Part shown: positions 56,663-64,000 of the stretch, piece after piece
Layout: every line of letters starts with the position of its first letter
Numbering within the stretch: position 1 is the stretch's first letter
From: a virus
Reading direction: 5' to 3' (one strand)
IMG/VR virus record: IMGVR_UViG_3300008267_012518
Length of the DNA stretch: 64,000 nucleotides
Program-made: the position numbers and the translations under genes
The notes under the pieces: model-generated
Seen by the model: only the letters and a program-made list of their open reading frames with translations
Told to the model about the DNA's origin: nothing
The model's database searches: none

Positions 56663-58609
56663 ATGGGTTGTGCTATTGGACAAAATTCTCTATTCGGAGG
56701 CACCAATAATTATATAAAGTTTCATGGAGGTGATTTAATTGCTGTAGAAGGACCAAACACCGTCGAAAGACAGATGTTGTCCGATTTGAGATTTAACTAT
56801 AAACAATTATTGAGAGGTAGAGTAATCCTCAAACCAGGTCAGGTTAATTACTTGATGAACCACTTAGGTTTGGGAGACAACGCAACTTTTGTATCTTTAG
56901 CCGCTAGATATGACACAAAATCGAAGATTGAAGAGGATAACTATATAAATTGGTCTTTTTACGATGATTTGACAAAAATTTACCCGATGTCAAACTATAT
57001 GTGTTTGACGGGAAATTCTACAAATCGTGTTAAGCAACTATATTTAACAAATCCAAATGTTGATTATTCTGTGACCATCGATGTTATGGTGGCTGTCCTA
57101 GACGATTCTTATAATTTCTTCACGGATGTTGTTAATCAATCTGGTACTTCTTTTGTGAACTTGAAGTATACAGATCTAAAAACTTATGTGATTGGTGAAT
57201 CAATTAAGTTCTTGGACTCACAGGGTAGAGAATTAATTTATATCATACTTAATAATATTAATGCCATAGAAATCTCTGGAAAAATTCTAACCATAGATGA
57301 TAACGCTTTAGGTAGATTATTTTTTCAGTTCGTTTCCGAATATGATGCTAGACAAGTAAATTCAATATTGAATTTGATTTTAGATAATCCATTTATCAAT
57401 ATTGATGATCTATCGCCAGATAATAGTTCACCGATCATATATTGGTATAGCAATGTAAATAATTCTTCCACGGCTTCGATTATTTCTCTCAATGGTCAGA
57501 CAGAGGGTCGTCCATATGATACAACAGATGGGCTAACTTTCTCTACTACAATAAATTTACTCGAATTTGGTGGTCAAAATAATATTATTTCTAAATTGGG
57601 CTTGATTGATTTATTAATTGATAAAATAGTAGATAATAGAGATGGTACGATGTCTATCATAGGAAATAATATATTATTGACTGGTACACAAGGGTCTGTG
57701 AATGAATTAACTTCAGGTGGAAATTATAAAATGAAGTTTCAGTTAAATGATTTCGCTGGTAATGACTTGTCCAACGTTGAAATGTCACTGAACGTAATAG
57801 ACTATGACACAAGACCTCCTGTTGTATATTGGTATAGTAATGTTGACGATGACGTGACACAACCTCACATTGAATTCAATGGAGATTCAACTGGTGCTCC
57901 TTATAACAGTGAAATAGGTAAAACTTTCTCAACATTTGTATTGTTCTCACAATTTTCTGAGGGTGGTGAAATCACAAAGCAAAAACTTGTTGATATACTA
58001 GTAGACAAGGTTATTGACTATAATGATGGACAAATTCCAATTTTTGACTTCAATTTAGTAATATTTGATCAAAATGGTGGTGATGTCTTTACTATTTTTG
58101 AGACAGGTGACTATACAATCACATTTAATATTTCTGATCAATCTGAAAATTCTCTTTATAATAAAGTAATTTTACAATTACACGTCGTTGATCAGTTGCC
58201 TGATGGTAATCCACCAACAATATATTTCTTCAGTACAGTAGGAGAATTGTCAGATACTAGTTTGATTACGTTGTATGGTGGACTAAATCCATATGGATTT
58301 CCTCTGAATACATTACAGGCTGACGTATTTGAGACTTACATGACATTTTCAAATTTTGCACAAGATTCGATAATTGATAAAACTAATTTGATTAATAATT
58401 TAGTTGATTATGTCTTAGATGATACCGATGGTCCTATTCAGTTGACTGATAATAACATCAAATTAACAGTCAATAATATAGATATACCACACATTTCTGG
58501 TCCGGGCTTATATACACTAACATTCATATTGTCCGATACAATAGGTAATGAATTACAAAATAAAATAATTTATTTGTTTATAGAGAGTGATGCGGCTGTT
58601 TTTGATTAA
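56663..58609 (+). CDS. Virion protein with three tandem Ig-like (DUF5011-like) domains
   Basis: Three roughly 130-aa repeats starting D..PP.(I/V)Y(W/F) with D..DG and G.Y...F...D..(G/E)N. Confidence 0.65.
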   Translation: MGCAIGQNSLFGGTNNYIKFHGGDLIAVEGPNTVERQMLSDLRFNYKQLLRGRVILKPGQVNYLMNHLGLGDNATFVSLAARYDTKSKIEEDNYINWSFYDDLTKIYPMSNYMCLTGNSTNRVKQLYLTNPNVDYSVTIDVMVAVLDDSYNFFTDVVNQSGTSFVNLKYTDLKTYVIGESIKFLDSQGRELIYIILNNINAIEISGKILTIDDNALGRLFFQFVSEYDARQVNSILNLILDNPFINIDDLSPDNSSPIIYWYSNVNNSSTASIISLNGQTEGRPYDTTDGLTFSTTINLLEFGGQNNIISKLGLIDLLIDKIVDNRDGTMSIIGNNILLTGTQGSVNELTSGGNYKMKFQLNDFAGNDLSNVEMSLNVIDYDTRPPVVYWYSNVDDDVTQPHIEFNGDSTGAPYNSEIGKTFSTFVLFSQFSEGGEITKQKLVDILVDKVIDYNDGQIPIFDFNLVIFDQNGGDVFTIFETGDYTITFNISDQSENSLYNKVILQLHVVDQLPDGNPPTIYFFSTVGELSDTSLITLYGGLNPYGFPLNTLQADVFETYMTFSNFAQDSIIDKTNLINNLVDYVLDDTDGPIQLTDNNIKLTVNNIDIPHISGPGLYTLTFILSDTIGNELQNKIIYLFIESDAAVFD

Positions 58610-58625
58610 AAAATATTTATAAAAG

Positions 58626-61600
58626 ATGACATTTACCTATGATAGTTTTTTGAGGCCTTCTACTACAAATGATAAGAATATTATCATACAGGATCCCAAT
58701 GGTAAAATTATTCATACTATTAATCCTTATGCGGTCATCAACACATTTGTAAATAATAATTTATTGAAGATAAGTTTGTCTAGTGATAGAGTAATCACTT
58801 TGAATTTTTTACAACCTGATTTTGCAAAACAAGCTTTAAATGTTCTACAAAATAGAATCACTTCTTTAAAAGTTGATACACCAAAGTTTATCGATAAGCA
58901 GGTTGAAAATTATGTTGAATCTAAAATATCTGAAAATACCGCACTAAAGGTACTCAATCTTATAAATTCTGATGGTACAATTAATTATATTCCGAAATGG
59001 ATTACAGCTACTGCAATTTCAGCAACTAGTTCGATTTATGATAATATAGGTAGAGTTTCCATTGGTAGTACATCGAGTGTAGCAACTTTGGGTGTATTTG
59101 GGAGACCAAAATATTTCGATTACAATATTGATTGGGATCCATATACAAATGAAAAATTTTCGGATATTCCTTGGAGACAGGGGGGGTATGGTATGTCATC
59201 ATCAGCTTTGTTTGTTGAAGGTGTTGTAGATGGTTCATCAGAAAAAAATTCTATATTAGAATTTGGTATCGGTGGTGAGATAATTAATTACCCATTCATT
59301 CCAGATCCAAGACCACTTGTTCATATATCTGCATCTGGATACGGAACTCCACTTTTTGTTGAAAACCCAACACCTAGAGTAAATTCTAAACAGGGAACAA
59401 TTCAAATAAGTGGTTCGGATACTGTTGTCACCCACTTCAAAGGTCCGAATCCTACATTTATATGGGAGGATAGTAATAATACACCTAATGATTTTTTCTC
59501 ACGTCAACTTCGGTTATTCAGGACAGGTCTTGGTTGGGAAATCTCATCAATACCCCAAGGTAAACAAGCAACTCCATATTCCCACATCTCATTCCAAAGG
59601 TCCGGATTTCAAAAGACTTATGTCATTTCGGCGACAGTAAACGCTGGCAATACATTTTTACCAGTATTTGGTGGTGAATTTTATTTTGCATCACAAAATA
59701 TAATCAATGCTCCACTTTCTGTCAATAACACTTCTTTATATCCATCAGAAAATCAAACTGAATTATCAAGACAAATAAGGTTTTCGAATATATCGGGAAC
59801 CCAAAGTGTTGTGTCTGGTATGATAGTGCCATTACCTGGTGAATTTTCAGAGGTCAATAGGAGATACTTTCCAAACTTTGTAGCTCCTCCTAGAACTGGT
59901 GGAACCGGACCCAAATTTGATAATTTGTTCAGATCAAATACAATCGTTCAGGATGTAATTGGTGACACTGTGATTCTATCCGCAACACCATCTTATCCGA
60001 TACTAACTTCAGATTTGATTACCTTTGGTGGTATATCCGCACCCGACACAAGAGCTATTGGTAGATGGTTTATTAGATTGGATGGAAATGGTAATGTTAC
60101 AGGAGATAGTCAAAATGGGAATATTGGTGCTGGTATAAAGATTGTCGCTTTGAAAATAAATAAGCCACTGTTAAGGGCGGTTTATCCTGGTGATACTTTT
60201 ACAGTAAATTTTCCATCTGGAGGTGTTGGTATAGGTGCTGCTGGAATACAATCTTATAAATTGAATGTACAAGGAGGTGCAATATTCGATAGTAATATAA
60301 TTTTACAAGGTACAAAATTAACTACACCGCTCTTTAAAATGTCTTTTGGTACACCACTTCAATCAAATTTTAATTTGATGGTTGGTGACCAATATGGTGA
60401 TAGTAGATGGGTACCAGCGGGTCAAGTAGTTGGTTCTGGATTTACTGGTACGTCAAGTACGGAATTGACAATAGGAACAGTTGGTAGTTATTTCAAAATA
60501 AAGACACAACCATTTTTATCATTCACACCAGGTCAAGTTGTAGTTTTATATGATAATCTAGATGCTCTTTACCCAGATGCTGAATATCAAGAGGGGTTTA
60601 ATAAAAATAGGATTATTGCTGAAATTGATTCATATAGTTTTAGTGGAGGTACTATGTCACTTGTTACGTTATCTGCGAGAAACGTAGGAAGTGTATCAAG
60701 TAATTGGAATATTAATCTTACTGGTGCTGTTGGTCCACAAGGTCCAGCTGGTTTCAATCAAGGTACATTTTCAGTCACTGGGGATATCATACCAGCTGAT
60801 GACTATACTTATAATCTCGGAAGTACAAATTCAAGATGGAATAATATTTATGTAAAAGACGCGATAGTAGCTTCGCAGTCACTCTATCTTGGAGATGTGA
60901 AGATTTCCACTGAGGAAAAGGTCGTGAAGGTCGATGATAGAGCAATAAACAAATACGATGGTACATCAAGAACTGATTTTGCAATTGGTCCTGTTGGTAG
61001 TATAGTAGCTCTAAAAACAGATTTATATCTATCCTACATAAGAGGAGATTCTGTTAAAATACAAAATATCTTTAAGAACTATTATGAAGAGGTAGGATAT
61101 TCAGAAGAAAGTATACACGGGTATTTCATAGGTGTGGTTGATATTTATGAGCCAACCAATGGATATATGGAAGTTATAGTGACATTCACTGAGAATGTAG
61201 GATTTTACTCTGATAGTTGGGTACTTAAATTAAATAGTGATACTTTAGGATTTGAGAATATTTCTTCAATTAGTTTGGATGGATTGAGAATTACTGGTAC
61301 ATCAAGTGATGTGATTTCTATCCCAATGGTTGGTCATTTTCGCCAGATAAATACTCAAGCTAAACTTGGATTTAAAGCTGGACAGGAGGTCATAGTCTAT
61401 TCTGAATTACCGAATAATTATGAAGACGACGATTACTTGGATGATGGAAATTCATATTTTATTGGGAGGATAGATTACTATGATTATGACACAGGACATA
61501 TGTCTGTTGTATGTGATTATTCTGTTGGTACTTACAGTCAATCGGATTGGATAATTACTTTAACAAGTTTGAGTAGTCCAAATAATGTGAATATAAACCC

Positions 61601-62162
61601 TCTAGAAAATAATTTATTATTGAATGGAAGTGGATATGACTTGATAGCAGTAAACTTTGAAAATATTTCGATAACGTCATCAATTTTTGACGTGGCATCC
61701 CAAATTATAAGTCTAGATAGTAATGAGAACATTCAAATATTAGCAAATCAAGATATCAACATTTTAGCTGGAGGTGTATTGAATTTGGTAGGCCACTTGA
61801 ACTTGCAATCTTTTTCTCAAAAAGTTCAAGACAATATTACAATTACCAGTTCCACAGTTAATTACGATTTTTATTACAGTCAGATTTGGAATCATGATAA
61901 TTTGACTTCTGATTACACTGCCAATTTCATAAATTTACCAACCTATAATAATACATCAATTCAAGCTCGAATTATAATAAATCAAGGTCCGATAGCTTAT
62001 ATGCCACTTTCATTGACTATTGGTGGTAATAGTCAAACAATTTATTGGAAAGATGGTTTGAGCGCAGGAACTATCAATAGCACCGATATTATTGAGTTTG
62101 AATTTTTAAGGACAGGTGGTACTTGGTCCAAGGTTTTTGGAAAGATTGATAATTATGTTTGA
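58626..62162 (+). CDS. Tail fibre-like protein with three repeated domains
   Basis: Three GTS....I..VG...G(Q/D).V...Y...G.M...W...L repeats, a short GAVGPQGPAG collagen-like stretch, and a fibre-type C-terminal domain. Confidence 0.65.
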   Translation: MTFTYDSFLRPSTTNDKNIIIQDPNGKIIHTINPYAVINTFVNNNLLKISLSSDRVITLNFLQPDFAKQALNVLQNRITSLKVDTPKFIDKQVENYVESKISENTALKVLNLINSDGTINYIPKWITATAISATSSIYDNIGRVSIGSTSSVATLGVFGRPKYFDYNIDWDPYTNEKFSDIPWRQGGYGMSSSALFVEGVVDGSSEKNSILEFGIGGEIINYPFIPDPRPLVHISASGYGTPLFVENPTPRVNSKQGTIQISGSDTVVTHFKGPNPTFIWEDSNNTPNDFFSRQLRLFRTGLGWEISSIPQGKQATPYSHISFQRSGFQKTYVISATVNAGNTFLPVFGGEFYFASQNIINAPLSVNNTSLYPSENQTELSRQIRFSNISGTQSVVSGMIVPLPGEFSEVNRRYFPNFVAPPRTGGTGPKFDNLFRSNTIVQDVIGDTVILSATPSYPILTSDLITFGGISAPDTRAIGRWFIRLDGNGNVTGDSQNGNIGAGIKIVALKINKPLLRAVYPGDTFTVNFPSGGVGIGAAGIQSYKLNVQGGAIFDSNIILQGTKLTTPLFKMSFGTPLQSNFNLMVGDQYGDSRWVPAGQVVGSGFTGTSSTELTIGTVGSYFKIKTQPFLSFTPGQVVVLYDNLDALYPDAEYQEGFNKNRIIAEIDSYSFSGGTMSLVTLSARNVGSVSSNWNINLTGAVGPQGPAGFNQGTFSVTGDIIPADDYTYNLGSTNSRWNNIYVKDAIVASQSLYLGDVKISTEEKVVKVDDRAINKYDGTSRTDFAIGPVGSIVALKTDLYLSYIRGDSVKIQNIFKNYYEEVGYSEESIHGYFIGVVDIYEPTNGYMEVIVTFTENVGFYSDSWVLKLNSDTLGFENISSISLDGLRITGTSSDVISIPMVGHFRQINTQAKLGFKAGQEVIVYSELPNNYEDDDYLDDGNSYFIGRIDYYDYDTGHMSVVCDYSVGTYSQSDWIITLTSLSSPNNVNINPLENNLLLNGSGYDLIAVNFENISITSSIFDVASQIISLDSNENIQILANQDINILAGGVLNLVGHLNLQSFSQKVQDNITITSSTVNYDFYYSQIWNHDNLTSDYTANFINLPTYNNTSIQARIIINQGPIAYMPLSLTIGGNSQTIYWKDGLSAGTINSTDIIEFEFLRTGGTWSKVFGKIDNYV

Positions 62163-62202
62163 TTAGTATTTTATATATATGATATAAAATATAATTCCAA
62201 AC

Positions 62203-63726
62203 ATGAAGAGAATTCTTTTTCAAGAAACAGATTTCAACAATTTACCTACACCACCAGAGGGATTTAGATATATTGGATTTGATGGTCCCAAATTTAGTGA
62301 AAAGGGTGATGATGGTGTAACTAGTCAAGCTAGTGGAGGTGGTGTTAGTCTACCAGATACCTTCGTAGCAATCGGAGGTGGTTTGACCGGTTCAGCAACT
62401 GGTTCACAATTATTCACATTCGATAGTACTTGTAAAAATCTTATTGTAGGAAATGGTCACACCAAAAATGACACTGATAATGGTGTTATTATAGGTGGTT
62501 ATACAAACACCCTAGATGGTGGTGGTGAGGGTTTATTTAATTCATCAATTATTGGTGGACATTATAATAAAATCTGTTATAGATCTGACGAATCTTCAAT
62601 CATAGGTGGATATGAAAACCGTATTGAATACTATAGTTGTCGTTCATCTATATTGGGTGGACGTTATAACTGTGTTATAGACAATTCTCGTGAAAGTACT
62701 ATTATAGGGGGTGCGTATAATACAATTTGTAATGATAGTTGTTGTTCTTCTATAATGGGTGGATGTTATAACTGCATTGAAAATAGTTGCCGTTCTTCTG
62801 TAATAGGTGGTAGATGTAGTGAAATTTACAATGATTCAAATGATTCATCAATAATGGGTGGATGTTGTAACTGCATCGAGGATAGTTGCCGTTCTTCTGT
62901 AATAGGTGGTAGATGTAATGAAATTTGTACTGGTACAAATGATTCATCTATATTGGGTGGTTATGGTAACCGTATGAACGATTCATCAAGTTGTTCTTCT
63001 TTAATAGGTGGTTATTATAACTGTGTGTGTGATAATTCAAAAAACTCTTCAATAGTTGGTGGGGAATATAATGTAATTTGTGGATACTCTTGTCATTCAT
63101 CAATAATGGGTGGGTGTTGTAATAGTATTTGTGGCAAATATGGAATTACCCAATCTAATGGTTACTGTTTTGGTTCTTGTCATTCATCAGTTATTGGTGG
63201 ATGTTACAATAGTATTTGTGATGAATCTAGGAGGTCATCTATCTTGGGCGGTTCTTGTAACAAAATTGTTTGTCAAAGTTGCGATTCATCTATAATAGGT
63301 GGTTATAGAAGTATTATAGATTTATCATCTTGTAACTCATCTATTATTGGTGGATATTGTAATCAAATTTGTGGTTCTACCGCTGGTGGTTATTATGGTG
63401 GAACTGGCTCAAATAACTCATCTATTATTGGTGGATGTTGTAATCAAATAGTATATAATTCTCGTAACTCATCAATTATTGGTGGAGTTTGTAATAAAGT
63501 TTTTGGAGATTATGGTTCTGGAGTTAACTCGATTATAGCTGGGTGTGATAACATAATTTGTTGTTCAGATCACTCGACAATTATTGGGGGTGAATGTAAC
63601 AAAATTTATGGAGAATCTGATTATTCTGTTATAATTGGTGGTTCTGATGGTTTGATTTGTGAAACACAATACTCTGCTATAATTGCTGGATGTTGTAATA
63701 GAATATGTATTGGTTTATACCGTTAA
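62203..63726 (+). CDS. Cys-rich SSIIGG-repeat beta-helix fibre protein, 5' part
   Basis: About 25 units of S-S-I-I-G-G-x-x-N at 16-17 aa spacing; the repeat continues past the stop in the +1 frame. Confidence 0.7.
   Translation: MKRILFQETDFNNLPTPPEGFRYIGFDGPKFSEKGDDGVTSQASGGGVSLPDTFVAIGGGLTGSATGSQLFTFDSTCKNLIVGNGHTKNDTDNGVIIGGYTNTLDGGGEGLFNSSIIGGHYNKICYRSDESSIIGGYENRIEYYSCRSSILGGRYNCVIDNSRESTIIGGAYNTICNDSCCSSIMGGCYNCIENSCRSSVIGGRCSEIYNDSNDSSIMGGCCNCIEDSCRSSVIGGRCNEICTGTNDSSILGGYGNRMNDSSSCSSLIGGYYNCVCDNSKNSSIVGGEYNVICGYSCHSSIMGGCCNSICGKYGITQSNGYCFGSCHSSVIGGCYNSICDESRRSSILGGSCNKIVCQSCDSSIIGGYRSIIDLSSCNSSIIGGYCNQICGSTAGGYYGGTGSNNSSIIGGCCNQIVYNSRNSSIIGGVCNKVFGDYGSGVNSIIAGCDNIICCSDHSTIIGGECNKIYGESDYSVIIGGSDGLICETQYSAIIAGCCNRICIGLYR
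62752..62949 (+). repeat. Tandem 99-nt duplication inside the fibre gene
   Basis: Units 62752-62850 and 62851-62949; 11 mismatches in 99 nt by hand count. Confidence 0.85.
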
Positions 63727-64000
63727 ACTTGGGGGTAACTCAATTATAGGAGGTCTTACAAATAGTATTGTTAACTCTGAAAACTCAGTTATATTGGGTG
63801 GTTATGATAATGATATTACAGATTGTTCTATTAATAGTTCCATAATTGGTGGGTATAATAACTGCATAGGAATAACCTCAAGTGCACCAGTTTGTAATTC
63901 AGGTATATTTGGTGGTCAAAATAACTTTATTCAAAATTATACTTGTGATTCAGCTATCATAGGTGGTAGTAATAATGAAATTTCTGGTGACTTTGAAGTT
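63722..64000 (+). CDS. Frameshifted continuation of the SSIIGG-repeat protein (partial)
   Basis: +1 frame reads VKLGGNSIIGGLTNSIVNSENSVILGGYDNDITDCSINSSIIGGYNNCI... to the window end with no ATG of its own. Confidence 0.75.

Noticed and set aside
60724-60753. Collagen domain in the 58626 fibre
   Set aside because: Only about three G-x-y triplets (GAVGPQGPAG), too short for a triple helix; treated as a linker.
62752-62949. 99-nt near-identical pair as a DGR template/variable repeat
   Set aside because: Only 7 of 11 mismatches are at adenines of one copy, the copies are in-frame tandem units of the same gene, and no reverse transcriptase is in the window.
1-64000. Alternative genetic code (TAG or TGA recoding, as in some large Bacteroidota phages)
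   Set aside because: Multi-kb ORFs are open in code 11, and TAA, TAG (18151) and TGA (5151, 26216) all end tightly packed genes.
1-64000. CRISPR array, intein, intron or transposase
   Set aside because: No repeat-spacer periodicity seen; RecA, gp46 and the other enzymes have normal lengths; no transposase or homing-endonuclease motif recognised by eye.

Overview
AT-rich (roughly 70% by eye), gene-dense, code-11 segment of a large lytic dsDNA phage (jumbo/huge-phage type). The host is very likely in Bacteroidota: there are seven TTTG-N19/20-TAnnTTTG-type promoters, a Bacteroidota-type bS21, SD-less A-rich start regions, and Bacteroidota-style lipoprotein and outer-membrane genes. Very large + strand virion genes (G-x-W/F-x-x repeat proteins, Ig-like and fibre proteins) alternate with recombination genes (UvsX/RecA, gp46/SbcC, RuvC-like), host-takeover genes (ribosomal S1 and S21, GreA, ECF sigma, DnaJ, thioredoxin, PhoH, SpeD), four peptidases, two glycosyltransferases, a lysozyme and two tRNAs. 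The main unexplained structure is regulatory. Two promoter classes are visible (host-type TAnnTTTG and a phage-type AATATATA), and each often sits only 4-7 nt from the ATG. This implies widespread leaderless mRNAs in a phage that also carries its own S1 and S21. The short-spacer AATATATA class is enriched for proteins with a T4-like capsid-targeting N-terminal leader. Product calls come from motifs recognised by eye; no database searches were run.
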